A stretch of 64,000 nucleotides of DNA, from positions 124,001-188,000 of the forward strand of contig JAANOX010000248.1 in the NCBI GenBank assembly GCA_020184695.1, given 5' to 3'. Each line of letters begins with the position of its first letter. Positions within the stretch are counted from its first letter, which is position 1. Positions 1-12,300 of the stretch are shown here, one piece after another. A program made the position numbers and the translations under genes. The notes beneath the pieces were generated by a model. That model made no database searches, was not told the DNA's origin, and saw only the letters and a program-made list of their open reading frames with translations. This DNA comes from Histomonas meleagridis 2922-C6/04-290x (Eukaryota > Protista > Parabasalia).

Positions 1-1245
1 AAACAATTCATCCAAAACGTCCGAAATTATATTGATAATGGCAAAGTGAAACAACTTTATGCAAACATCGAATCGATTATAATTGATTTAATGGAATGTT
101 GTTTAAATCCAAATGTTTCTGTATCATCATTAATGCTCATAAATGATTTAATACCATTTTATCCGAAGACATTTGAAACACATTTAGAAACACTTTTAGA
201 TGTGTTATTTCTTTCGATTGAGAAAGGAACGCCGCGAGTTGTCTCTAATTCGCAAATCATTTTGGATGAACTTCCAAATGTATTTGATAATAATAAATTA
301 ATATCAAATATCATTGGAATAAATCCATCAAATTCACTTATTTCTTTTTGTTTGAAATTAATAAACAATGAAAAAATTGATTTAAATGATGAATCGATTT
401 GTTTGAATGTTCTTCATTTAGCTTTCCAACATTATTTAATTGGGAAACAAAAAATGAAGAAAATCGCATTGGAAATTATCGAAAAGATTTCCGATGTTAA
501 TAAAGAATCAATTTTCTCATTTAGTAATTCACTTAATGAAGATGAACATAAAATATTTTCGAGATTAATTGAAAGTTTAAACATAAATTCCGATGTTATA
601 ATAAGTACAAATATTAATATTCCTCAAATGCAATTACATTGTATTGATGAATGGATAAATAATATTAAAGCAATGATAAAAGAAATGTCTGAAACGGAAT
701 TCAAATCATTTCGTCCACAATTATATCAAGAAATTAATAATAAAATAACAAAAACTGAACAAATCGAAACATTACTTTACTTTATTCAATCGTTGATACA
801 TAAATTCGGTGCAAATGATTATAATCATTTGTTGTCTGGTTTACTTTATCATATAAACTGTGATTCACATCGTAAAAACATAAAAAATATCGTTGAAATG
901 ATACTTTACTCAGTGGATACAAAAGATTTACTATTGAACTTACAAACGCATATAAATAATAAAAATGTTTTAATTGCTAAAAACGCAGTCGTCTTTCAAA
1001 CAGAAATAATATCGAAAGCATCAACAAAGGAAATCGCAAAGATAATACCAGTGATAACTCAGCAAATGTTCCCTTTGTTCGATAGCCAAAACTGTGATTT
1101 GAGGAAATCTGTTTTGTTGTGTTTCGTGGAACTGTTTTTTGTGTGCGGAAAAGAAATGAAAAACTTTAAGCAATCGCTCACTTTGTCGCAACAAAAATTG
1201 GTCGACGTGTATCTATCAAGAAGAAAAGCGATATCTTGTTATTAA
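1..1245 (+). CDS. TOG/HEAT-repeat protein with CLASP-like C-terminal domain; 5' part lies outside the window
   Basis: The frame is open from base 1 to the TAA at 1243-1245. The C-terminus FDSQNCDLRKSVLLCFVELFFVCG...LTLSQQKLVDVYLSR resembles the CLASP C-terminal TOG motif (recognised by eye). Confidence 0.6.
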   Translation, partial: KQFIQNVRNYIDNGKVKQLYANIESIIIDLMECCLNPNVSVSSLMLINDLIPFYPKTFETHLETLLDVLFLSIEKGTPRVVSNSQIILDELPNVFDNNKLISNIIGINPSNSLISFCLKLINNEKIDLNDESICLNVLHLAFQHYLIGKQKMKKIALEIIEKISDVNKESIFSFSNSLNEDEHKIFSRLIESLNINSDVIISTNINIPQMQLHCIDEWINNIKAMIKEMSETEFKSFRPQLYQEINNKITKTEQIETLLYFIQSLIHKFGANDYNHLLSGLLYHINCDSHRKNIKNIVEMILYSVDTKDLLLNLQTHINNKNVLIAKNAVVFQTEIISKASTKEIAKIIPVITQQMFPLFDSQNCDLRKSVLLCFVELFFVCGKEMKNFKQSLTLSQQKLVDVYLSRRKAISCY

Positions 1246-1562
1246 TAAACTGTTTGTATTATATCAATTGTGATTCAAATAAAGTCAAATGCGATAATAT
1301 TCGATCACTAATAAAATCGATTTATTCACATTAAAAGATTCAGCTGAATACTTGTAAATGATTAAAATTTAAACCATGAGTTTGCACTAACTATATTAGA
1401 ATTATTAAAATTTCTTGATATTAAAACATTCGGTTCGCAATGGATTTAGTGAAGATTATTAAGATTTCCAAGGATAATATCAATCATTTAACTCCCAACA
1501 GAGTGTTTGTTCTCTAAATCATGAAAAACATTAGTACAAAAAAATTAAAAAAAAATTTATAT

Positions 1563-2549
1563 TTAATTCTTCGCGTTTGGAAGTATTTCTTCCAAAAATA
1601 TTTCGAATTCTAATGATGCGTCGATGATAATAAACTTATCCGAGCTCTTTATCAACGGATGTTGTGTTTGTGGGTGTGAATTTGTTGCAATAATTTTCCT
1701 AATTGGAGAGTTAATCAAATCATTAATTTCTTTTTCACCAATAAGTGCTAAATGCGAAACCATTACATCAACAGTAAGTGCGCCATTTGCCAAATATGCT
1801 TCGGCTGCGTGTATTAGTGTTCCGCCTGTTCTTGTCATATCGTCGTAAATTATCAGGTGATAGCCCTTAACGTTCCCGATGATTTCACAAACGCTTGTTG
1901 ACACTTTCCCGTCTTTGTGAGTGCGCACTTTTCTGATGAATGCGACTCCGGTTCCGTTGTCGCGTGCGAAGGCATTAACCCAAGCAGTCCTACCGAGATC
2001 AGCTGAAGCAAACATATACGTTTTAGGATCAAACCCTAATTGTGGAAGTGATTTTTGAAGACATTTTTGCCCATAGACTTCAAGTCGAATACATGAACCT
2101 TCAAAATAATGAAGAAGACCAGCTGTGTGAAGATCGAATAAAAGAAAAACATTGCCATTACCCATGGATCCAATTGAACTAAGCATTTGAATGGTGCATT
2201 TGGCTGTAACAACTTCGCCAGGCATAACAGCACGTTCCATGGTGGAATAAGCAAGGAATGGAATGACAAAAATTCTCCTACGAACGCCATATTGTGCTAA
2301 TGTAGAGCCAACACGTACAACTTCAAGAATATCAGCATCATTAATGAGAGCGCATACATAGATAGCTGTCTTTCCGAGAAGTTGGAAGTTGGATTGAACA
2401 TCTAATCGATAGTATTGTTCACCATCTGGAAATGAAGATCTTTTGATTGCAAGCTTACTGACTTGGAAATTCTTCTTTATAAGGTGGTCGTAGATCAAGT
2501 TTTGGAAATATTCCGATTTAGGCGTGGAGAGGAATAAGATATCGTTCAT
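1563..2549 (-). CDS. PRPS: Ribose-phosphate pyrophosphokinase (PRPP synthetase), divergent type
   Basis: Motifs FPDGEQY, FASADLG, IIYDDMTRTGGTL and IATNSHP. Likely ATG is at 2549; the ORF track starts at a GTG at 2591. Confidence 0.9.
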   Translation of the reverse strand: MNDILFLSTPKSEYFQNLIYDHLIKKNFQVSKLAIKRSSFPDGEQYYRLDVQSNFQLLGKTAIYVCALINDADILEVVRVGSTLAQYGVRRRIFVIPFLAYSTMERAVMPGEVVTAKCTIQMLSSIGSMGNGNVFLLFDLHTAGLLHYFEGSCIRLEVYGQKCLQKSLPQLGFDPKTYMFASADLGRTAWVNAFARDNGTGVAFIRKVRTHKDGKVSTSVCEIIGNVKGYHLIIYDDMTRTGGTLIHAAEAYLANGALTVDVMVSHLALIGEKEINDLINSPIRKIIATNSHPQTQHPLIKSSDKFIIIDASLEFEIFLEEILPNAKN

Positions 2550-3145
2550 GCTCAATGACAGAAATCTTTTGAATGATTGGTCACCATCCACTTTTTGTAA
2601 GCAATAAAATGTTTCTTGTCACTTTTTATCATTTTTTGCTTTCAAATTTATCTGGAAAAGAAATAAAAATCATAAGCGAAATGCAAAAATAATATTTTAT
2701 GAAACAATCAACTTAACTTTTTAAGTTTCGTCTTGGAGAAGCACTTTATTAAAATGAATTAAATAAATATGTGATAAAAATAGTTATTTACATTATTTTT
2801 TATATGATTAATTATCTAAGCTTATCTAGTTAATTCGTTTAAAATAAGATTGATTTAATTTACCAAATTAAAATTTTAAAAGATCATGATTTAAAAAAAT
2901 GCTGACCAAAGTTACACCCTTAATTTAAAAATCAAACCTTTAATTGAAGCTTCTTGGGGGTCACTAAAATGATTGATCAAATAAGTGTAGATCCACACAC
3001 ATGAACTCGTTCCGCAGTTATATGTTTAAGGAGAGGTAAAATTTTACACGAGTTTAGCAAACTCATAATCACGAATTCATTCATTATTTTGATTAACAAA
3101 TTATTCAATGGAGATTTATAACAAAAATTCGATATGATGAGATGG

Positions 3146-3394
3146 TTAAATATCGAAATCTGAGTCATCATCTGAACAGCACTGAGTAATATGCTCTTGA
3201 AAACTATCCTTTGGAACATTCAATCCACAAATTGGACAGGTTTGATATTCAGTCGTATCTTCTGGTGGGGATGACGGAAATTCTTGAATCATTTCTTCTG
3301 GTATTTTTTGAAAATGAATTCTTGACGTTACTTTTACAACACCAAGGCTCATTACGCTTTTTCGGGGACCGTTTTTTTCTGACGTTTTGCACAT
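3146..3394 (-). CDS. Small protein with a C-terminal UBZ-type zinc finger and acidic tail
   Basis: ATG-initiated 82-aa ORF containing CPICGLNVPKDSFQEHITQC (C2HC, UBZ-like spacing). Confidence 0.55.
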   Translation of the reverse strand: MCKTSEKNGPRKSVMSLGVVKVTSRIHFQKIPEEMIQEFPSSPPEDTTEYQTCPICGLNVPKDSFQEHITQCCSDDDSDFDI

Positions 3395-3933
3395 ACGATC
3401 GAAAAGTCAATTCGCTACAAACATTTGTGAAAGAAAAAAAGCACTTTTTGAGGGCGCATGTTCACAAAATCGGAGGTTCTGTGTAAATTTTGAGGCGAAT
3501 ATAGAAAATCGAAATTATTTGTGTTCAAATTAGATACGACCAATCCGGTCACAAATCAATGTTAAGTATTACTGTTCTTCAAGCACTATTTTTGATTAGT
3601 GTTAAAATATGCAAGCCATTACATGTATATAACAATACAAGCCACAAGCAAAAATACCACGTGATATCATTTCTACAATCCAGACAAACCCATGTTTTAA
3701 ATAGAAAACTTTGTTTGTTCCAATGCCTTCGTTCTCTTGGTTTGTGTAATACATGTAAAATAAAAATTAATCCAAACATTACATCAAATTTCATAAATTC
3801 AGACTTATATTGCCAACCAGCTGATTTGCTTAGTATAAGTTCAATTGCGTATCCCAAGTTTTTGCGTTATACCTTAATTAATCCGAAATTAATTTTTACA
3901 TCTTCAAGAGGAATATTCAATAGTTTTCATACA

Positions 3934-5989
3934 ATGATTGATATATTATCTTCAAACATAGTTATATCATTAATTGTATTATTCTTTTTTACAATAAGAA
4001 ATCACTTTATATCTTCTTTTAATGTTTTTAACAAAAATAAACATTTTATTTCTTTAATAATCATTTTATTTTTTGTAAATGCATTACAAACTTACAGTTC
4101 TGGTACACTTACAATAACAAAATTAGATGAATTTAATAATGATTATATGTCTAGCACGAAGAAAGTTATAATATCAAGTGTTGAAGAAATAATTCAAAAT
4201 GCATTTGCTCAATGGCCTTATTTGACAACTGTTCAAATCGGAAGTTCAGTCATTCGAATTTCAGCAAGTGCATTTAATTCATGTCCTCAATTAACAGATG
4301 TGCAATTTGGTGATGATTTAGAAACAATATCTGAATATGCTTTTTCAGGATGTACTTCATTAAGAAGTATCACATTTCCAAATTCTTTAAGGAATATAGG
4401 AGATGCTGCATTTAGTCTTTGTATGTTTCTGAGCACTGTAACTTTCAATGAAGGTTTAACAACATTTGGAAATTTAGTATTCCATAGTTGCAGTCTTAAA
4501 AGTGTTAATATTCCAAGTTCTGTTAAAACAATATCATCAAATCCATTTATAGGGTGTACACAACTTCAATCTATCAAAGTTTCTACAGAAAATTCGTATT
4601 TTTCGAATTACAATAATGATGGAACTCTATATGATATAAAATTTACAAAAATCATTAGTTACCCAGCAGGAAGCTCATTAATTGGATATACTATTCCAGA
4701 TACAGTCGTTTCGATTGAGCAAACAGCATTTTATTATTGTTCCAGGTTACAAACAATTATCATTGGAAAAAGTGTTAGTAAAATTGGTACCGATTCATTT
4801 AATTCATGCTCCTCTCTTAAATGTATATATTTTAAAGGAGAATTACCTCCAGATATTGAAAGTAGTGCATTTAGTGGTGTTCCTGCTGATTATGTTATGG
4901 TAAGTGAAGAATTTAAAAGGTGGATTATTTGGAGACAAACAAATTACAGCTGGGCAAATTCCTACTGAATGCAACTCTGTGTTGGTGTACTTACGTACAA
5001 ATACATTTAGCCAAAGCAATACATTCACAAAGTCAAATACATTTAGTCAAAGCAATACATTCACAAAGTCAAATACATTTAGCCAAAGCAATACATTCAC
5101 AAAGTCAAATACATTTAGCCAAAGCAATACATACACAAAGTCAAATACATTTAGCCAAAGCAATACATTCACAAAGTCAAATACACTTACGAAATCAAAT
5201 ACTTTTACTGAATCCAATACACTTACTAAATCCAATACATTTACTAAATCAAATACATTTACTAAATCTAATACACTTACAAAATCAAATACTTTTGCTA
5301 TGTCAGATATTTTATCTAAATTAAGTACTTTTACGAGATCAAACACTTTGACTGAATCCAATACTTTTGCTAAATCAAACATAGTTTCTGTATCTAATTC
5401 ATATTTGTCATCAAGCGTACATACTTTTACAAAGCCAGTATTATTTACTGAAACAAAAAATATCGAGTCATTAACATATGATAAATCACATTGGAACAGT
5501 ATATCTTTAACTAACACTTTATCATTAACCTTTTCAATAACATTAGTCCAAACGATGTCATTTTATTATTCTACAATTATAAACACTATTTCACTTACAA
5601 TTATTGATTCAGAAGAGAAATATATTTTCACAGATTTTATTCATTATGAATATACAGTTATTGTATACTCAGATTACTTTAGTTTTTATTCCAATTATTT
5701 CGTATATAATTTAGCTGATATATCTTCAAATGAATCTTCAGATGATAATAAAATAATAATTATTGTAGTTGTTTGTGTTGTAATTGTTGTTGTAATCATT
5801 GTTGCTTTACTTTCTATTTTTTTAATCAGAGGTCGAAAAAAGAGAATAAATGAAGAAAATGTAATTAGTTTTGAGGAAAATCAAAATGATACTCAAAACT
5901 CATTTGTATCTGTAATCACAAATTCAAATATTGAAGAAGATCCTTTTGCAGATGATTTTAAAGAAGAAAAATTCATTAATCAAATATAA
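3934..5989 (+). CDS. BspA-like (LRR_5/TpLRR) type I membrane surface protein, split by a +1 frameshift at 4915-4918
   Basis: N-terminal hydrophobic segments, then TpLRR repeats (IGDAAFSLC, SIEQTAFYYC, KIGTDSFNSC). Removing one A from the AAAA run at 4915-4918 joins the two ORFs as EEFKGGLFGDKQIT. This is followed by a Ser/Thr-rich repeat stalk, a TM helix (IIIIVVVCVVIVVVIIVALLSIFLI) and an EEDPFADDFKEE tail. Confidence 0.85.
4997..5370 (+). repeat. Coding tandem repeat of 18-nt units (36-nt higher order) encoding SNTFTK/SNTFSQ hexapeptides
   Basis: Repeats of AGCCAAAGCAATACATTCACAAAGTCAAATACATTT are directly visible and decay toward the 3' end. Confidence 0.95.
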
Positions 5990-6284
5990 ATATAAATAAA
6001 AAAATATATATATAGTTAATTTAAAAATTTTTAATTAAATTTTAAAATTTTTGAAAAATATTTTGTTAAAATTGAGAAATAACCATAAGAAAGCAAGTGC
6101 ATTATATGCTATACTGTATAAATCACATACGCTGGTAGCATACTGAGTCGAATTTGAGAAAAATCAAAAATCAAAGTTTCAGTTCAATTTAATCGGCATT
6201 CGAATTGATCGGTATGTTTTCAATATCATATCAAAAAGACCGTTTCAAAAATCACAATCTTTCCAAGAAAAGTATTTGGGGTTC

Positions 6285-8832
6285 ATGCAGAAGCTTATGC
6301 AACTTAAGCAAATTGTTTTTGACTTAAACGAGGAAAATCTTTATTTGTCAGTTCAACAAATATTAAATTTATTTGATAAAAATTTACCATACATGTATAA
6401 TGCTGTTATAAGCAATTTAACTTATTTAGCATTTTACTCACAAAATAAAACATCTGATATATATCTCAATTTTTTAAATTTAATTCAAGATGGAGAAGAA
6501 GGGGTAGACGAAAAATTATAAAAATTTTTGCAAGACAAATATCAATAATTAAATCACAGGAAGCATATTATCTTCTTGAAAAAATGATTGAACAAAATTT
6601 AGTTGATTCAAATATAATAGCAAATATCAGCACGAAATATTTTGCACATTATAAAAATAAAGTCCAAGGAATTTATTATGATGATCAAGTCCCGAGATCA
6701 TGTTTAAGTAATATTGAATTTACGGATATATTTTCTAAATACTTTTATAAAAGATATAAAGAACTTTCAAAAAATGATTGGGAACTTCACAAGAATTATG
6801 TTAAAGAAGGATATAATCATAATGAAATTGCAAAAGTAATTCGAAATGATGAAATCGAAAAACTTCAAGAAATAGCATCACAAAATAAATTTGATTTTAA
6901 CCAGAAAATTGAACCATCACTTTATGAAAGATGTTCATTGGTTAATGATAACAAAGTTACATTAATTGATTATGCAGCATATTTTTCTTCAGTTAAATGT
7001 TTTAAATATTTGTTAATTGAGGGTGCAAACATTGAAAAAACAGGTAAATATGCAGTAGCAGGTGGAAATAATGAAATAATACATTTATGTGAACAAAATC
7101 ATTCATCATTTGAAGATGCAGACAAAGCAGCAGTCATGTTTCATCGAAATGACATCTTTAAATATCTTTATGAAAATAAAATGCTTAAAATTAAAAATTT
7201 AAATTATTTAGGAGTTATATGTATTTTTTATAATAATTATGAAATTTTGTTGTTCTTGATAGAAAAAGGATTGGAAATTAAAAATGAACATATTGATGCA
7301 GCAGCAGAAAATGGAAATTTATATCTTGTGGAATATTTTCTCCAAAATAGCCAAATTCCAAATGATATTTTGTCTTATTCTGCAAAATCTGGTAATATCG
7401 AACTTGTTGAATATATAATTAAACAAAATGGAATTGATATCAATGCTGAAGATATCTATTTGTTTTATTTTGGGTTTATTCTAATAATATAAATTTTCAA
7501 TGTTATATTTTTTAATTGTTTATTTCTTTTAAAACAGCACTTATGAATGCATCTGAAGATGGCCAAAAAGAAATAGTAAAATTCCTTCTTGACAAAAAGG
7601 AATTAATATTAATGCTGTAGATATTCATTTTATTTACATCATGTATTTTTACATCAATATAAAATTTTAAAACAATATTTTCAAATTATTTGGATTATTT
7701 AATTCTTCACTTATGTTTTCATCTTTTAATGGGCATACTGAAATTGTTAAATTACTTCTGGAACAAAAAGGTATTAATTTCAATAATTGGAATATTTATT
7801 TATTTTATTTGATATTTATTTTAATAATTTATTATTTCAAAATAATATTTGGAAATTATTTAAATTATTTGAAACAGCACTTATGTTTGCATCTAAAAAT
7901 GGACATACTGAAATAGTTAAATTACTTCTTGAACAAAAAGGAATTGGTATAAATGATGTAGTAATTTACTACATCAATTTGTAATTCATTTAGCAGATAT
8001 GATGTTTCAATGTTATATCTGGAAATTATTCAAATTATTTGAAACTGCATTAATGTTTGCTGTTGAATCTTGTCATATAAATATAGTTAAGTTACTCCTT
8101 GAGCAAGAAGGAATTGATATCAATGCTAAAGATAATAATTCGTTTTATTTTATATTAATTCCAATAATTTCATGCTTTAATTACTTTAATTTAATATTTC
8201 AAAATAATAATTGGAAATTATTTAAAATATTTAATACAACACTAATGAAAGCAACTGAAAATGGTAAATTAGAAATAGTTAAATTACTTCTTGAACAAAA
8301 AGGAATTGATATTAATGCAAAAAATGTTTATATATTTTATTTAATATTTATTTAAATAATTTTATATTTTGAAATAATATATGGAATTTATTTAAATTAT
8401 CTGAAACAGCACTTATTTGGGCATCTAAAAAAGGTCATACAGAAATAGTTCAATTACTTCTTGAACAAAAAGGAATTGATATTAATGCTAAAGATATTTA
8501 TTTGTATTATTTAAAATTTATTTCAATAATTTTATATTTCAAAATAATATTTGGAAATTATATGAATTATTTAATACAGCACTTATTTTAGCATCTAAAT
8601 ATGGTCATACAGAAATAGTTAAATTACTTCTTGAACAAAAAGGAATTGATGTTAATGTTAAAAATATTTATTTGTTTTATTTAACCTTTGATTTATTAAT
8701 TTAGCATTAAACTATAATATTTGGATTTAATTTAAATTATTTGAAACTGCACTTAATTTATCTAAAAACGGTGATATCTATAAATTACTTCTTGATCAAA
8801 AAGGAATTGATATTAACGTTAAAAATATTTAA
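6285..8832 (+). CDS. DUF3447-ankyrin locus A: N-terminal ORF plus 8 ankyrin modules separated by spacers; extra frameshifts near 6515 and 7593
   Basis: DUF3447 core (IIRNDEIEKLQE...IEPSLYERC...LIDYAAYF). Module starts are at 7534, 7704, 7874, 8044, 8236, 8406, 8576 and 8746. The terminal capping module TALNLSKNGDIYKLLLDQKGIDINVKNI ends at TAA 8830-8832. Confidence 0.8.
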
Positions 8833-9384
8833 ATCTTTTATTTACAATTCGTTTATTAAAATTCGGATTTCATCGTTATTTTTGAATTTTTTCAACTCAA
8901 ATATACTGCAATTAGTCATGTGTCTAAAAATTTATATGGAAATTGTGAGATTACGTTTGAGAAATCTTAAGCATTGCATTTTTATGTGACGAATTTAATG
9001 TTAATTTCTTAAAATTTTACCCCTGACAAAATGTATGTATTCAATTTTTTTTCTGACAACCGCCGTCTTTATGTATGGGGATTGAATACAATTTAATAGT
9101 TTATTTGAAAAATCAATAAAATACGTTGACTACAATCAAGTAATTTTGAAGGTTTTCCTGTGCGTAAGTTGACCCAAGATGTTTTGGGCTGAACTTTGCT
9201 TTGAAAAATAACAAAACACATTTTAAAATGTTAAACAAGAGCTTTTGATTTTTAAGGATTTTTGTTTTTGAGAATGACTTTTTGATATAATTATATGAAA
9301 AGTGCAATTTTTGAGGTGAAAAAGTAACTTTGTGTGGGTTCTATCTTTTTGTATAATGTATACCTAAGAAAAAGCTGTTTTAAA

Positions 9385-12300
9385 ATGCAATTCAAGTACC
9401 TCGATAAATTAAAAAATGAGTTCAAACGATTCACAGGTTTTACTATCCAAGATAAAATAAAGAATCCTTCATCAAAGGCCGTTGCATATTTATCAAATGA
9501 TAGCATTTGTTTACCTATTGAAGAAAAAAATTGTCCAGTAGTAAAAGCATTTGCAAAAGTTTCTAAAAACAAAAAGGCATCTAGGCACTTGATGCCTCTT
9601 ATTTCAGCAATGTGTTTATGTCTAAGAAGCGAAGTTTTTACTGGGGATTCACTTCAAGAGATCATCAAAACTTTTGAATCATTATCCCCATATGTTGACT
9701 ACGATTCTGGTATTATAATAATCCAATTTGCATCAACTTATGTAGGGGATAAATTTTTTGATTTCCCAACTTTAAAGTGTATTCTTTCATTAACTTTCTC
9801 TCTAATTCCTTCTCCTGTTGAATCATTACAAACAGCTTCACTTGCTGCTATTAGTCAAATAATATCTTCTTTTATCAAATTTACACTTGAATCTCCAACA
9901 CAAACGAATGATACAGACAAGTGCATTGTTCAAAATGGTGCCAAGCCTCTTGAATTTAAGAACAGTTTTTATAAAATCACATATTTAATTCTCAGAGATA
10001 TCTCAAGAATGTGTAATAATAACCCACCTTTGTGGATTAACAACCATGACATTAAGCCATATCATGCATTTGGGATTATGGAAAATATTATTCAACAATT
10101 TCCATCATTTTTCAAAGAATCAGATAATTTTATGCAACTTATATCAGACTCTTTATCTGCATCACGTAATTATAGTTCACCCATTTCCTTTTCCATTTTA
10201 TGTATGGATACTTTTCTTGAAACGATTCCAGATAATTGTAAATCGCATTTTTCTTATTTTTTATCCCAACTTAAAACAATCAAAGGGGAATCAAATTTAG
10301 ACTCACTTCTTTTCTTTCGGACTTTACTTCTAAAAAGGAGTTCCTTTATTTACAGATTTTTCAAGAATTGTGATTCCGACTCACGACTTTTTGAGAGCCT
10401 TATTCAAATCCTCAGAAAAATAAACGATAAGCATTCAAAGAAAAACAACATCACTCTATCGTTAAAACCTAAAATCCCAGATGAAAAAAGTTTTGATTTA
10501 CTTTATTCAGCCCCCATCGAAATATCTGTGTGTTTTATACGTGAATGTTATAATTCCATAAGCTGTCCTAACATCAAAATATTAGTTAATTCTATTTGGT
10601 CTGATATATTATCAATTATTTCCACCTCAATGTGTACAGTTCATATAAATAGTTGTTATGTTCTTTTACAAAACTTACATTTATTAATTAATTTATCATA
10701 TGAACTTAAAATTGATGAAGTTCGTGGTGCATCGATTAGTGCCTTTTGTACCACTTTATTATCAGAACAAGAAGAAATCAAACGATTATCATATGATACA
10801 ATATCATATGCTATACAATCATCACCAGAGCAATTCATTGGTTTTTGGTATCGAATCTTTTCATCGTTAGCTGAATTCCAATGGACTCCAACTTCATTTG
10901 AATTTGTTTCGAACACATCTACTGAAAACATCATTGAGATGTCCATTGCATTAATCTCATCACAAGATGGTGATAAGTCCACATTAAGTTGGTCATTAAC
11001 ATTATTATCTGATTTATTAATCTCTAATAAAGAACGATTTAATGATATTTGGGGGTCGATCAAAGAGAAATATTATAAAATATTTGATTATGATTTTGAC
11101 ATTGCATTAAATTCATTTAATCATTTTGCTATTAAAGGCTTTTGTAAAGAGAACGAAGAATTAATATGTTCGATCATTAACGAATTAATTATCCAATTTA
11201 AAGAATCACGAAACACTTTACTTGAGACAATTCGATTATTATTGATCCAAAACAGTACCGATTTTGTGAATGGTTGGGATTCAATATGTAAAATATTATC
11301 TCCAATTAACTTTAATGATGATATCGAAAATATGAATCAATCATTTTCTTGTTTCCAAAACATTTGTAATAACCTTTTGTTCACTTTGGATAAATCAATA
11401 CAATGTGAATGTATTAAATTAGTTTTCGAATTCTCAAAACAAAATGTAGAAACAAATATTTCATTATCTTCTTTCGAATTAATTTGGAATATTGTGACAA
11501 TTATTAAAACGTCGGATCTTTGGTTATTAATTTTTAATTGTTTCTTGAATTCATTTATCGACCAAAGAGTTGACGTCTCAACTTGTAGTATAAAAACATT
11601 TTTTGCGTTGATTATGAGTAATATTTCTTCGTTACCAAATGATATCGTTGAATACTTAGGTAAAGAATTCTTTTTTAAAATATTCGATAAACTTTATGAA
11701 ACACCAAATGATTTAATATTACAATTAACTTTTAATGAAATTTCTCATTGTGGTTGTACTTTATGGAATTATTTTTCGAATTATAAAGAGTTTACTAATG
11801 ATTTATGGTCTAAATTAATTGAGTTACATTCTGTTTTTATACGCTCTTGTAAAATACGTGAGATAAAAGTTAATTCGTTTTTATTTTATGAAGAATTATT
11901 TCAATGTTTTGAACTCAAGGACCACTTTTACGATAAACTATTCAAATCACTCGAAGATCTTTCAGATTATTTATTAGAAAATGAAAATCCTCGTTCAGTA
12001 TTATTTAGTACTTTTGGGAGATTAATATTAGTAGTTTTACCAATCCAAAAGCCAATTATTAATAAAGATATATTAGATAAATGGATTCATATAATTGGTA
12101 AATTAATATTAGAAATTAAATGTGATAACTTTTTACCACCAACAACACATAAAACACTTGACGCATTATTACAATTGTTACCATTATCTAATGAATTAAC
12201 ATTTGATATTTATTCGTTTATAGTTTCACTTGTAATTAAATCGAAAAATGTTCGTTTAATCGAAGTTGCTATTGATAGACTTACAGAGATATGTAACAAA

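Noticed and set aside
5047-5517. Long antisense and alternate-frame ORFs over the BspA stalk
   Set aside because: These are by-products of the 18-nt coding tandem repeat.
7591-7703. Apparent compensation of a -1 in a module by a +1 in the following spacer (also at 37168-37250)
   Set aside because: There are only two cases, both explicable as single-base slips at or next to short A/T runs, and the twin locus C lacks the slip seen in locus E, so chance or read error suffices.
8493-8577. AT-AC (U12-type) intron reading of the spacers
   Set aside because: There is no ATATCCT 5' site or TCCTTAAC branch site, and the AT/AC positions do not give an in-frame ankyrin junction.
7454-8745. Stop-codon reassignment to explain the broken ankyrin ORFs
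   Set aside because: 80-nt spacers shift the frame whatever the stops mean, and conserved genes (RPS18, fumarase, E2) end at TAA/TGA at their expected positions.
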